A stretch of DNA of 64,000 bases, taken from the IMG/VR virus record IMGVR_UViG_3300012950_001127, positions 18,822-82,821 of that record, one strand, 5' to 3'. A model generated the notes under the pieces. That model did not search any database. It had not been told where the DNA came from and worked only from the letters and a program-made list of their open reading frames with translations. Shown one piece after another: positions 29,443 to 39,495 of this stretch; positions within the stretch are counted from its first letter, which is position 1; each line of letters opens with the position of its first letter. This DNA is from a virus. A program made the translations under genes and the position numbers.

Positions 29443-29789
29443 TTAGAGCGGTTGCAAATAAAAGGCTTGACCTTAATGATAATGAGTATGATTATTTTTT
29501 AGATCTAAAAAATCAGTTTGGCGAAGATGATTTTCGACAAATTTTTGATACTGATAAAAACGGAATAATAACTGCTATTAGCCCTCCAGTAGATAGGTCA
29601 GTATCTTTGGGCATTCTTTTTTTTATGCTAAACATTATGATGAACCAAAGACTTAGAATGCTCGATGACAAGATAACAAAAATTTTAGTTTTTGAGAAAA
29701 ATATTGACATGTTGGGCATGGTGCCTAATATAGTTGAAAGATTAGAGAAAATAGAGAAATTAACAAGCCCGGAGGAGAATAATGGCTAA
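29439..29789 (+). CDS. Hypothetical protein
   Basis: TTGA overlap; part of the gene chain. Confidence 0.6.
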   Translation: MIRAVANKRLDLNDNEYDYFLDLKNQFGEDDFRQIFDTDKNGIITAISPPVDRSVSLGILFFMLNIMMNQRLRMLDDKITKILVFEKNIDMLGMVPNIVERLEKIEKLTSPEENNG

Positions 29790-30336
29790 GCTATTTGAAA
29801 AGGTTTCAATAAATGGATTTTCTATTGAAGATATAGATATAACTCCAGTAGAGGAGTTGAGTAATCTTTTGCCAAAAAATGGTGTTATTGATATAAACAT
29901 TGCAGAAAAGGGCTTAGTATATACTTTGGAAGGACAGAACTTTTGCCAAGAAAAAGTAGCACAATTAGATAGATGGATAGGCTTTTTAGAGTCAGAAAAA
30001 AACAAGGCATGGTCAGATGCTGCCCTAAATAAGGCAAAGCAGGCAGGACATAAGACGGTAAAAGACAAAGAGTGGTATGCACAGTCAGATGATGATTACG
30101 TTAATGCGTATAATTCTTTGGCTTTAGCGAAAGCTTGTAAAAAATGGCTAGAGAATAAAACGGCCTATTTTTCAGGTTGGCATTATGCATTAAAAACTTT
30201 CCTGCGTAGAGATTATGCTATTGAAAATGCCAGCGGCACAAAGTATAATGCAGGAACAGATTATAATCCATTCCCTACAGATGTAGGGAAAGAAGATGAT
30301 TTCGCAGATGGCGAAAACGACATAGAGTGGAAATAA
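29782..30336 (+). CDS. Helical protein, possibly a UvsY-like recombination mediator
   Basis: Long helices with a KEWYAQSDDDY segment and an acidic tail; lies next to SSB and near RecA. The function is inferred from context. Confidence 0.35.
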   Translation: MAKLFEKVSINGFSIEDIDITPVEELSNLLPKNGVIDINIAEKGLVYTLEGQNFCQEKVAQLDRWIGFLESEKNKAWSDAALNKAKQAGHKTVKDKEWYAQSDDDYVNAYNSLALAKACKKWLENKTAYFSGWHYALKTFLRRDYAIENASGTKYNAGTDYNPFPTDVGKEDDFADGENDIEWK

Positions 30337-30347
30337 ACTTTAGACTT

Positions 30348-30397
30348 TAGCATAAATCCGCAATGTTGCGGTTAAGCTACAAACGTGACAATGTCAC
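30348..30397 (+). promoter_or_regulatory. Structured 5' leader of the ssb gene (two hairpins)
   Basis: CCGCAATGTTGCGG (30358-30371, extended by TAGC/GCTA) and GTGACAATGTCAC (30385-30397), just upstream of AAGGAG. Confidence 0.55.
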
Positions 30398-30416
30398 ATA
30401 TAAATAAGGAGAAAAA

Positions 30417-31040
30417 ATGTCAACAATGGTATTTGGAGAAGTAGATTGGAATTCGGCAGACTCTGGCGGAACTAAGTCAGACTTTATACGACTTGAAGAA
30501 GGCGAGAACACAGTTCGTGTTATGGGTAATCCGGTGCAATTTTATATTCACTGGGTAGTAAAGCCAGACGGAAGTCGTCAAAAGGTAAATAGTCCGGTAG
30601 AACATCCCGAACTTGTTCGCAGATTAGAGGATTCTGGATTTAGGCGTCAAGCGCGATGGCTAATAAAGGTCTTGGACCGAACCGACAACCAGTTCAGACT
30701 GCTTGAGGTCGGCCCGCAGATTTATAATGGAGTTAAGGCTCTGTACAATAATAGTCGCTGGGGCAAGGTGACTGCTTATGATATTACTATCTGCAAGGGG
30801 CCTAAGGGACAGCAGCCTTTATATAGCGTTACCCCTAATCCAAAAGATGCACTAGATTCTGATTTAAAGACTACCTTTGTAGAATTTAATGATCGAATCA
30901 ATATAGAGCGTTTAATCACTCCTTCTGGAGCTATGGACGTGTGCGAGCACATGGGTTGGGATCCAAGCACGTATATGACTGAGGACTCTGGAGAGGGAAC
31001 CTCGGCTGGAGATGATGATTTCGATTTCGATTTCGAATAA
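30417..31040 (+). CDS. Phage single-stranded DNA-binding protein (gp32-like)
   Basis: FIRL..GENTVRV, HWV, YDITI.K, and an acidic-aromatic tail DDDFDFDFE; strong SD; followed by a terminator. Confidence 0.75.
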   Translation: MSTMVFGEVDWNSADSGGTKSDFIRLEEGENTVRVMGNPVQFYIHWVVKPDGSRQKVNSPVEHPELVRRLEDSGFRRQARWLIKVLDRTDNQFRLLEVGPQIYNGVKALYNNSRWGKVTAYDITICKGPKGQQPLYSVTPNPKDALDSDLKTTFVEFNDRINIERLITPSGAMDVCEHMGWDPSTYMTEDSGEGTSAGDDDFDFDFE

Positions 31041-31067
31041 AAATTTCTAATTAATTTAGAAAATATT

Positions 31068-31100
31068 AAGCGCATAAAGTAACATCTTTATGCGCTTTTT
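31068..31100 (+). terminator. Rho-independent terminator after ssb
   Basis: 12-bp stem AAGCGCATAAAG/CTTTATGCGCTT, loop TAACAT, followed by a T run. Confidence 0.85.
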
Positions 31101-31103
31101 ATT

Positions 31104-31640
31104 ATGATAAGAATAATTGGTTTAGACATATCTTCTGCCGTTATAGGCTGGGCTTTACTGGAATATGATGACAAGTCTGTTCATTTGATTGAACATGGCT
31201 GCATTAAGCCTCCAAAGAGCTCTAAGGGAACCCTTACATACAGGGTCAATGACGCTTATGATGAAATATATGATTTTTTTAAATTAAAAGCCCCAGATAT
31301 TGTTGCATCTGAGGCATATGTGAATAAATTCACAAGAGGGAGAAGCACGGCAAGGACAATAATTGTATTGTCAGTATTTAATGAGATTTCATCACTTGCG
31401 TGTTTGCGTGCGCTTGAATACGAGCCATATAAATATGCAGTTATGACAATCCGATCTAAGTTATCAAAACTTGCTGGATATAGGATAATATCCAAAGATG
31501 ACTGCTTTGAATTTGTAAAGAAATATTTCCCATCATTTAAAGTAAAAACAAACAGAAATGGTAAAATAGCAAAAGAGAGTTATGACGAAGCTGACGCGAT
31601 TGCGGTTGCTTTAACTCATATAATTAAGAAGAGGGAATAA
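31104..31640 (+). CDS. ruvC: RuvC-like Holliday junction resolvase
   Basis: IIGLDIS, VASE and DEADAIAVA catalytic pattern. Confidence 0.85.
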   Translation: MIRIIGLDISSAVIGWALLEYDDKSVHLIEHGCIKPPKSSKGTLTYRVNDAYDEIYDFFKLKAPDIVASEAYVNKFTRGRSTARTIIVLSVFNEISSLACLRALEYEPYKYAVMTIRSKLSKLAGYRIISKDDCFEFVKKYFPSFKVKTNRNGKIAKESYDEADAIAVALTHIIKKRE

Positions 31641-33292
31641 TGAGTAAAGATTTGACTTTTGGAAAAGATGCACGAAATAAGATTTTCTCAGGCGTTGAGA
31701 AGCTGGCCTCAACTGTTGCCGTAACAATGGGGCCTCAGGGAAAGAATGTTATATTTGGAATATATGGAGGAGCTGCAGCTCCATTGATAACAAAAGATGG
31801 GGTATCTGTCGCAAGACAGGTTACTTTGCATGATCCGGTTGAAGAATTGGGGTGTCAATTGGTAAAAGAGGTGGCTGCAAGAACTGCGGCTGTAGCCGGA
31901 GACGGCACTACAACAGCGACCGTTTTGACACACGCAATTTTAAAAGCAGGTAATGAGTTAATCACAAACAATTATAGCCCCCTTCTGTTTAGGCGGGGTA
32001 TTGAATGGGCTACAAGCGAAGTGGTTAAGGTTTTAAACCAAATGGCAACAGAGGCTGATAGTCTTGAGACTATTAAAAACATTGCAACAATTTCTGCAAA
32101 TAATGACGAAGAGATGGGAAGGAATATAGCAGAAGCGTTTAACGCGGTCGGGCTTGACGGAACTGTTGCGGCAGAAGCACATCCTGGAGCGGCAACCTCT
32201 GTGCGATACACAGATGGTATAGAGCTTAAGTCAGGATATATTACAACTGCTTTTTTAACGGAGGCTGGGCAGACAGAGATTTGTCTTGAATCATGCAGAG
32301 TCTTAATATGCAATCAAGAGATAACCAACCTAATAGGATGGCTAGACTTATTAAATGAAGTTTCTGACAAAGGGGTGCCGTTGTTAATTTTGTCTAAGAC
32401 ATTAAAGCAGGAAGCTTTGACGACCATTGTTACAAATAATAAGCTTGGCAGAATAAAGGCAGTTGCTGTTGAGATTCCTGCCTTTGGGGCGAAGCAAGAT
32501 GAATGGCTAGAGGATTTGGCCTCATTGGTTGACACGGTTGTTTGTGGCGATAAGACGGGCCACTCTATCAGGGAATTGAAGCTTGATGATCTTGGATTCG
32601 CAGAGAAAGTCATTGTGGGCAAATACGCTACTAAAATAATTGGAAGCAGAAAAAACAAAGAGAGAATAAGCGAGAGGCTTAGCTTTTATTCGGAAGACGC
32701 TCAAAAGCTCTTGGGAGAAAACGAGCGCCGAGATATACAGAAAAGAATTTCTTTTTTAAATAACAAAGCTGCAGTTATATCGGTCGGATACTCAACGGAA
32801 GTAGAGCTTAGAGAGAAGGGGGATAGGCTCGATGATGCCTTGAGTGCCACCAGGGCCGCCATAGAAGAGGGGGTTGTTGCAGGAGGGGGAGTGGCACTTC
32901 TGAGAGCCTCTAATATGGTTGATTTATCAAAGATAGATGAGAATCTTTTGCCAGCTGTGCAGGTTTTGCTCGGAGCCTGCAAGGCTCCTATGGCGCAAAT
33001 TGTTACAAATGCATATGAGGATCCAGACAAAATAATGAAAAAAGTATTAAAATCAAATAATTTAAATTTTGGCTATAATGCTGCAACTGGTAGCTTTGAA
33101 GACCTTTTAGATTCTGGAGTTATAGACCCCAAAAAGGTAACTAGAATTGCATTGGAAAATGCAGTGAGCGTATCTTTGCTTCTTATTAATACCGAAGCTG
33201 TAATTTCTGATTCGCCAGAAGATCCCTCTGCATGGCAAGCCCCCGGAGGTTGGAGGCCGCCATCAAAAAGTGGATTAAATCACGATTATTAA
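31640..33292 (+). CDS. groEL: Chaperonin GroEL (phage-encoded)
   Basis: VTMGPQG, ITKDGVSVA, AGDGTTTATVL, ATISAN, GVVAGGG and GVIDPKKV. Confidence 0.96.
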   Translation: MSKDLTFGKDARNKIFSGVEKLASTVAVTMGPQGKNVIFGIYGGAAAPLITKDGVSVARQVTLHDPVEELGCQLVKEVAARTAAVAGDGTTTATVLTHAILKAGNELITNNYSPLLFRRGIEWATSEVVKVLNQMATEADSLETIKNIATISANNDEEMGRNIAEAFNAVGLDGTVAAEAHPGAATSVRYTDGIELKSGYITTAFLTEAGQTEICLESCRVLICNQEITNLIGWLDLLNEVSDKGVPLLILSKTLKQEALTTIVTNNKLGRIKAVAVEIPAFGAKQDEWLEDLASLVDTVVCGDKTGHSIRELKLDDLGFAEKVIVGKYATKIIGSRKNKERISERLSFYSEDAQKLLGENERRDIQKRISFLNNKAAVISVGYSTEVELREKGDRLDDALSATRAAIEEGVVAGGGVALLRASNMVDLSKIDENLLPAVQVLLGACKAPMAQIVTNAYEDPDKIMKKVLKSNNLNFGYNAATGSFEDLLDSGVIDPKKVTRIALENAVSVSLLLINTEAVISDSPEDPSAWQAPGGWRPPSKSGLNHDY

Positions 33293-33302
33293 GGAGTATA
33301 TA

Positions 33303-34445
33303 ATGACAAGAAAACTATCAATGTCAGAAGCTGAAAAGGAAGTAATTAAGTTTTTTGGAGAAGACACAGTATTTTTTGACGGAAATATCAGCACTAGATA
33401 TGAAGCAATAAGTACTGGCAGCCCAAAGCTAGATGAAGCTATAGGTATAGGGGGAATTCCTATGGGCAGAATTACGCAATTTGCAGGCCAGGAAAGTTCT
33501 GGAAAGACTATGCTTGCACTCTCTTGCATTAAGAGTTATTTAGATGCAAATCCCAATAATACAGCGCTTTTTATTGATGCGGAATATACTTATGATCCAG
33601 AGTGGGCCCAGAGTCAGGGTGTTGATATATCTAGAGTCATGGTCATAAAAACTAATGATGCAAAAGCAATTTTTGAAGGATTAATCGGCACTATGAAGAC
33701 TAATTCTAAAACTAAAAAAGTTTCAAAAAATATGAAAGGCATTTTAGATTACGTAATAGAAGGAGAGGATCCAAGATTTAAAGATCTTGGGATAATTGTT
33801 CTTGATTCAATTGCGGTATTAAATACTCCGCTGGAGATTTCTGCAGATATTGGCAAAGCAAATATGGCGCCAATCCCTAGATTTCTATCTACAGAATTAA
33901 AAAAGCTTACTCCGATTGTTGCACAAGCAAATGTTGTATTTATTGGCATTAATCAAGTTCGTGTAAATTTAGGTCAGATGTTTGGAGATCCAACGACTTC
34001 TCCGGGCGGAAAGGCACTCAAGCACGCGTGCAGTTTGATGATAAATATGGCTCCAGTTTTTAGTGCTGATTCTGTTATAAAGAATAATGCTGGAGATAAG
34101 ATTGGACATACTGTGCGAGCAAAGATTCAAAAAAATAAAGTTGGCGCTCCTTACAGGCAGGCGGAGTATAAAGTAAAATACAAGAAAGGTATAGTAAATA
34201 TTGAAGAAGAAGTTTTTGATCTAGCTGTAAAGTACGGGATTATCGAAAGGCCAAGTAGTCAAAGTTATCTCATAGATGGTGAAAAAATTCGTGGACGAGA
34301 GAGTGCTATAAGCGCCTTTTCAAGCAATGATTCTGTAGTAAAAAGTTATAACGAATCAATTAGAGATTTATATATTGGTGGCACAACTCCTGACACTGCA
34401 AAGGAAGAGTTGCAAGAAAATAGTTTAATTAGCGCAATAGAGTAG
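33303..34445 (+). CDS. recA: RecA/UvsX recombinase
   Basis: STGS..LD.A.GIGG.P.GRI, GQESSGKT, FIDAE, VLDSIA, INQVR, GGKALK and KNKVG.P. Confidence 0.95.
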   Translation: MTRKLSMSEAEKEVIKFFGEDTVFFDGNISTRYEAISTGSPKLDEAIGIGGIPMGRITQFAGQESSGKTMLALSCIKSYLDANPNNTALFIDAEYTYDPEWAQSQGVDISRVMVIKTNDAKAIFEGLIGTMKTNSKTKKVSKNMKGILDYVIEGEDPRFKDLGIIVLDSIAVLNTPLEISADIGKANMAPIPRFLSTELKKLTPIVAQANVVFIGINQVRVNLGQMFGDPTTSPGGKALKHACSLMINMAPVFSADSVIKNNAGDKIGHTVRAKIQKNKVGAPYRQAEYKVKYKKGIVNIEEEVFDLAVKYGIIERPSSQSYLIDGEKIRGRESAISAFSSNDSVVKSYNESIRDLYIGGTTPDTAKEELQENSLISAIE

Positions 34446-34453
34446 GAGATATA

Positions 34454-34825
34454 ATGATAGTAAGATGTAATGTTGGATGCAGATTGACAGACGGGATCAC
34501 AGATGCCTCGCTTGATTTGGATACAAATAATGCCATGTGCAATGAGTGCGGAGAGGTGCTGACCGATGTGTCTGAATATTCAAAGCTTTCTATGAAGACT
34601 AATGGTGATATATTAAGAACAAAAAAGAAAAAAGCTTTTGTATTTCCATGTCAAACATGCAATGAGGACGTTGAGACAGAGTTTGTTTCAAGCAGACTTG
34701 TAGGGAAAGCTTGTCCGAATAATCAAGATGGGTGCAAGATAGATATAACTCAACATATGGTAAAAGCAATTGAGGAGACAAAAATAATTAGCGATAAGAT
34801 AAAGGAACATGATGCAAGCGAATGA
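34454..34825 (+). CDS. Cys-rich putative double zinc-binding protein
   Basis: CNVGC, CNEC, CQTC and CP..C; overlaps the primase start. Confidence 0.65.
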   Translation: MIVRCNVGCRLTDGITDASLDLDTNNAMCNECGEVLTDVSEYSKLSMKTNGDILRTKKKKAFVFPCQTCNEDVETEFVSSRLVGKACPNNQDGCKIDITQHMVKAIEETKIISDKIKEHDASE

Positions 34826-35570
34826 AATAAATAAACTTATTTCCATATGCCATAGTAATCTTAAAAATTCAAAAAAGTGTTTAAAGTATTTGATAAAAGA
34901 TAGATTTTTGGATAAAGAAAGTATTTTGAAATATAAAATAGGATTCTTTCCGCAAAATATCTCTATGCTAAAAGAACATGTATCAGAAGATGTTTTAACT
35001 AAGGCAAGTATTTTAGATTATTATAACAATAGTAGTGATTTTTCTAATTATTTTTATTTAATATTCCCAATTTTTTCTGAATTTAATGATCCAATAGGTA
35101 TAAGCGGCAGATCACTTATGCCTGATGAAGAGAGGGCGGTATTAGGCATTCCTAAATATAAAAATTCGTCATATAAAAAAGCTAATATTTTATACGGATT
35201 AAACTTTTCTAAAGACAAGATATTGAAATCTAATAATGTTTATATTTTAGAAGGATACTTTGATCACCTGTCTCTAAACAAATCTGGCATTTATAACTCT
35301 GTTGCAATATGTGGAACTGCTTTTTCTCAAAAGCATTTTTTGAAACTTGCAAGATATTCTGATAAAATGACGTTTATACTTGATGCAGATTCGGCTGGTC
35401 AAAAAACGGCAGAGAGAATTTTTAACAAATATTCTAATAAGGGGATAAAGTTGCGCTTTTTAAGGGTTCCGGAACCATACAAAGATATAGATGAGTATTT
35501 TTCTGACCCAATTAATAGTAAGGCTACATTTTTTAAAGATTTTAAACAATTTATTCCAAACACATGGTAG
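34809..35570 (+). CDS. dnaG: DnaG-type primase catalytic (Toprim) core lacking the zinc-binding domain
   Basis: IFPI, SGRSL, PKYKNS, LYGL, LEGYFD, GTAF, DADSAG and KDIDEY. Confidence 0.9.
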   Translation: MMQANEINKLISICHSNLKNSKKCLKYLIKDRFLDKESILKYKIGFFPQNISMLKEHVSEDVLTKASILDYYNNSSDFSNYFYLIFPIFSEFNDPIGISGRSLMPDEERAVLGIPKYKNSSYKKANILYGLNFSKDKILKSNNVYILEGYFDHLSLNKSGIYNSVAICGTAFSQKHFLKLARYSDKMTFILDADSAGQKTAERIFNKYSNKGIKLRFLRVPEPYKDIDEYFSDPINSKATFFKDFKQFIPNTW

Positions 35571-35576
35571 GGTTAT

Positions 35577-36035
35577 ATGGCGAAAAAAAGTAGCTCATAT
35601 CAATATAAAATTGTTGAGATTTCATTTGATCAAGCAAAGTTAAATAATTTTTCATCAGAGCGAGGCATAAGCAACGTGCTGATGGAAAACTCATGTGATG
35701 AGCGAATATCGGATTTAAAAGAAGAATTATTAGATCAGTTATATGAAATAATAAATGGAGATTATTTAACTGGGCATCAGAAGAAAATATTATTTATGAG
35801 ATTAATGGGGAAGACTCAGAACCAAATAGCTGAACATTTAGGCATAACGCAATCTGCTGTACATAAAGCTATGCATGGAAATATTGACTATAAAAATCAT
35901 AAAAAGAGATATGGCGGGATAATAAAGAAGCTTAAGAAGATATGCAAGAATAAACCTGAAATTTTAAAGACATTAGAGCAAATTTCAAAAGTAAAAAATG
36001 GAGACTCTGATTCACCTACTAATTTAAAAGAATAG
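35577..36035 (+). CDS. Sigma70 region-4/LuxR-like HTH protein
   Basis: LTGHQKKIL....GKTQNQIAEHLGITQSAVHK. Confidence 0.75.
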   Translation: MAKKSSSYQYKIVEISFDQAKLNNFSSERGISNVLMENSCDERISDLKEELLDQLYEIINGDYLTGHQKKILFMRLMGKTQNQIAEHLGITQSAVHKAMHGNIDYKNHKKRYGGIIKKLKKICKNKPEILKTLEQISKVKNGDSDSPTNLKE

Positions 36036-36121
36036 CATTAAGTTTTGTAGGTTTGAGGCAAATATAAGTTGGAAATTATTTCTATTAATAAACTTAAGTT
36101 TTACAGCAGGGAGTATATCTA

Positions 36122-36604
36122 ATGTCTGAAATAGACGAAGTGCTTATTAAATTATTTCGCGAACAGTCTTCTGACCCTTCCGATAAAAACGTATTACCTT
36201 TAGATGGTGGCGTTAAAATAAAAAAGATTGCGTTTGATATGTTTAAGGTGTTGGACGACAAACATGAAGACTTGTGGAAAGTAGAGAGCATCGATGGGGC
36301 TGATTTTTTAGTTAGATGCACAGACACTCCTTCGTTGCAAGTCAAGGAGAGTGGAGATTGGTCTGCAGTTGCTAATTACGATTGCGACAATGTAACTCTT
36401 TCATATAAGAGTGTTCCAATTTGCGCTTTTTCGTCCGACGAGTATGAGTTCGATAAGAATAGTATTTTTTCATTTAAATCGGCTCTTTTAGATATTGTGG
36501 AGGAAGATAGCCACTTTGTTAAGAATGTTATTGCTAGTCAGCCAAGTGCAAAAATTGAAGTTTTAAGTAATATTTTCCCCGAAATAAAAGAAATAATAAA
36601 GTAG
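36122..36604 (+). CDS. Hypothetical protein, first gene of the head module
   Basis: GGGAG SD; preceded by TACTAAT and TATTAAT. Confidence 0.65.
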   Translation: MSEIDEVLIKLFREQSSDPSDKNVLPLDGGVKIKKIAFDMFKVLDDKHEDLWKVESIDGADFLVRCTDTPSLQVKESGDWSAVANYDCDNVTLSYKSVPICAFSSDEYEFDKNSIFSFKSALLDIVEEDSHFVKNVIASQPSAKIEVLSNIFPEIKEIIK

Positions 36605-36613
36605 GAAATTTAA

Positions 36614-38173
36614 ATGAAAGAAATAAATAGAATGGCAATGGAAGCACAGAGAGCTTTGGATAGACTTTCTAATGGAAAAACATATACAACGGCTTATGTC
36701 GCAAATAGATTGCAAAAGTCAGCGTATCTTAACTCAAGAGACGCCCTAATATGCCATATGCGGGATGTTATAGCGAAAAGAGCTACCGAGCATAAGTTTA
36801 CAACTCAAAAGGATATCGGACAATTATATGACAACCTGTATGGAATGTCCGGTGGACGATCTAAGTTTAGAGAGGTTTTGGGTGATTTGTTGCCTCATAA
36901 GCATGCGGCTTTGAATTTAGCGCCACAGGGCGCAGAGGCGGCGAGAATCCCGTGCGAAAATAAATTAGAACCATTATTCGGAGAAAGCAAACTATCTGAA
37001 GAATTGTCTGGCATATTTTCACTAAACAAGAAAGCTGTTTTTTCCACATATTCTGACAATACTATTAGAAAGGCAGAAAAGTTTGCTAAGCTACAATTAG
37101 AATCATTGGGATGGGTGCCGTTATCTGTAAAGGCCATCAGGTCCAATGAACATTTTGTTCTTTGCACAGCATCTATTGATACCTCTGATTATACTCAGGT
37201 GAATATACCAATTCCGGTTCAGGTTACGAACGGCCTTCCCGCCCTTCCTAGGCACTTTGTGGCAGATGATAATCTAGTAACCCTCAATAAGGAAAATGTA
37301 TTTTTGTTTGTAAAAGATGCAAATAATCATCAAAAGAAGAGTGCTGTTAATAAATATGCTGCCCAAAGAGATATTCGAGAGCTGCGTGTAGATCAAGTGG
37401 TGGTTCCTGCTGCATTAGAGATGTATGCAGATCTTGAAGACAGCCTTATGGTTGCTGCATCTCACTTTAATAAAAACCAGATGGCAAAGGCAACTAATAT
37501 TGTTGCCGCAGAGCTGTCTGGATGTGGGGTTCAAAATCCACAGATTAAAATTGCATCTTCAACGCCAAGAGGGCTAGTTTTGACTGCTAGTGTTCCAACG
37601 GCTATGGGAAGGGTTGATATAAATGTGCCCGTTGATATGCCGAACGGAACTCCAATTATCCCCAGAGCTTTTGTGATTGGAAATAAAACTTGCAAGTTAA
37701 ACTCTGCCTCGATTCAAAGCTTGATTAGTATTGCTAATTCTAATAAGAATCTAAATAAGATATCTAGAGAAACTTTAGAAATGGGCAGACTTACTTATCA
37801 TCAGCTTTTAGATACGATGATTGACGGAGTTTCGCGTGGTGATTATAAACAGGCAGAGAGCGCTTTGAGTGCGATTGATTCAAAATTCGGTGGGCAGCAA
37901 TATACATTTGCTCTAGATAAGTTTTCAAAGCTGTTAAAGCATTCATCCGCTGATTCAGATAGAGACCTTATGATTAAGAAGGCTCTTGAATCTGGAGATT
38001 TAATTTGGGTCACAACATCGGTTGAGCCATATTGTCCAAAGCTTGGTCTGCCTGCCAGCAAGGTTGATTTCGATGGCAAGGGTCGCCCTTATCCAATTAG
38101 AAGAAATTCTCAGACGAACAATCTGGGAGAGACTGGGGCGATGATTTCTACATCAAGAGTCGCATTATCATAA
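36614..38173 (+). CDS. Hypothetical head-module protein with an internally duplicated beta domain
   Basis: Two similar segments, NIPIPVQVTNGLPALPRHF and INVPVDMPNGTPIIPRAF. Confidence 0.7.
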   Translation: MKEINRMAMEAQRALDRLSNGKTYTTAYVANRLQKSAYLNSRDALICHMRDVIAKRATEHKFTTQKDIGQLYDNLYGMSGGRSKFREVLGDLLPHKHAALNLAPQGAEAARIPCENKLEPLFGESKLSEELSGIFSLNKKAVFSTYSDNTIRKAEKFAKLQLESLGWVPLSVKAIRSNEHFVLCTASIDTSDYTQVNIPIPVQVTNGLPALPRHFVADDNLVTLNKENVFLFVKDANNHQKKSAVNKYAAQRDIRELRVDQVVVPAALEMYADLEDSLMVAASHFNKNQMAKATNIVAAELSGCGVQNPQIKIASSTPRGLVLTASVPTAMGRVDINVPVDMPNGTPIIPRAFVIGNKTCKLNSASIQSLISIANSNKNLNKISRETLEMGRLTYHQLLDTMIDGVSRGDYKQAESALSAIDSKFGGQQYTFALDKFSKLLKHSSADSDRDLMIKKALESGDLIWVTTSVEPYCPKLGLPASKVDFDGKGRPYPIRRNSQTNNLGETGAMISTSRVALS

Positions 38174-38188
38174 AAACTGGAGTTTATA

Positions 38189-39475
38189 ATGAGCGGTAAG
38201 TTCGACAGAGGTTACAGAAAAAATAAATTAAAGAATATTACAAAGTTGGCCCTAGGGGATCAGCATGGAATATTTCAGCATTTTCAGTCTGATGTGACTG
38301 ATTACCCCTCTCGTGAACGCTATTTGTCAATGAGAGGTGGAGAGTCTACATCGAGAGATAGACTGTACGGGATAGGTCCAGAGCATGAAGACTCATATGT
38401 TCCGTTGGAACATACGGCTCGCTCTTTATCTACTCGTTACTCCCCAAATCGGTGCGGAGTGCAGGCCATGAGGGTTCCTGGGTCTAATGGCGGTGTATTT
38501 CAAGACCCGTATACCAAGAAGATTTACGATTATAACGAGGGATTTACCTTGGAGGATGGAACGTCATTTCCTGGAGGCAGCCCCGCTCTGCAGACCAGTT
38601 TGATGGGCTTTGCAAATCATTTGGACGAGTTGGGTTTATATAAAGAAGCAAATTATTTAGACAGTTTGATAAAAAGAGCGGGCGATCCAGCTGATGCGCT
38701 GTCAACAGAAGAGATCGTCAAGCTGGTGAGCTTTCTTAAGGCTCAAAAGCGACCCATAAGTGACTTAGCCAATGTTGATAGCAAGACCCCATGGGTTATG
38801 GATGCGTTAAATCCGGTTTCTGAAGAAGAAAGTTTAGATCCATTTGACATGATAACTGGCGAGCATAGCGCATCACCATCACCCGAGGGGCCTCTTGCAA
38901 GCGAAGATGGTATTATGTCAAAGCTTATTGCGGTAATGCCCGGGATGCAAGGCCGGGAAGCAGCCGATAAGATGAGGCACTTAGAGGCTATAAAGGAAAA
39001 GCTTCAATCAGATTCTGAAAAAGATATGGAAAGCGCAGGTTGGATGGCTCATCATATGTTACAGGGCGTGACCAGAACAGGCGGAGAAAGGCTAAACGCT
39101 TTTATGCTTATGCTTAAATTATTTTCAATGTGGGGAGGAGAGTTGGCTCATGACTTTTTTAAATCTAGAACAGAAGATATTGAGGCAGAGTTTCAAGAAG
39201 AGGGCAGATCTTGGTTCAAGAAGAGCGAAGGTCTTTCTAAAAACGTATTAGAGCATATGATAAAATTTGCTAATTATTTAGATTTTCACGGGCTTCGCAA
39301 TGAAGCTAATTATTTAGATTTGCTTCTGAAGAAAAACGCACAAGAAGAGGCGGAGCCTCAGCATTATTTGACAGATGTCGCAAATTCTTTAGACAACAGA
39401 GGTCTTTATAGAGAAGCTGACTTTTTGGATGCCTCAATCAAGAGGGCTCAGGCAGCAGCCAGTTTATCTTCATAA
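38189..39475 (+). CDS. Putative internal head protein with three helical tag repeats
   Basis: ANHLDELGLYKEANYLD, ANYLDFHGLRNEANYLD and ANSLDNRGLYREADFLD. Confidence 0.7.
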   Translation: MSGKFDRGYRKNKLKNITKLALGDQHGIFQHFQSDVTDYPSRERYLSMRGGESTSRDRLYGIGPEHEDSYVPLEHTARSLSTRYSPNRCGVQAMRVPGSNGGVFQDPYTKKIYDYNEGFTLEDGTSFPGGSPALQTSLMGFANHLDELGLYKEANYLDSLIKRAGDPADALSTEEIVKLVSFLKAQKRPISDLANVDSKTPWVMDALNPVSEEESLDPFDMITGEHSASPSPEGPLASEDGIMSKLIAVMPGMQGREAADKMRHLEAIKEKLQSDSEKDMESAGWMAHHMLQGVTRTGGERLNAFMLMLKLFSMWGGELAHDFFKSRTEDIEAEFQEEGRSWFKKSEGLSKNVLEHMIKFANYLDFHGLRNEANYLDLLLKKNAQEEAEPQHYLTDVANSLDNRGLYREADFLDASIKRAQAAASLSS

Positions 39476-39495
39476 ATAAAGTTTTAATTCTTAAA

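Noticed and set aside
1-36035. Bacterial chromosome origin, suggested by dnaE, recA, groEL, ftsK, khpA and HU
   Set aside because: The genes are divergent, lack their bacterial operon neighbours, and are contiguous with terminase, portal and prohead protease on one strand.
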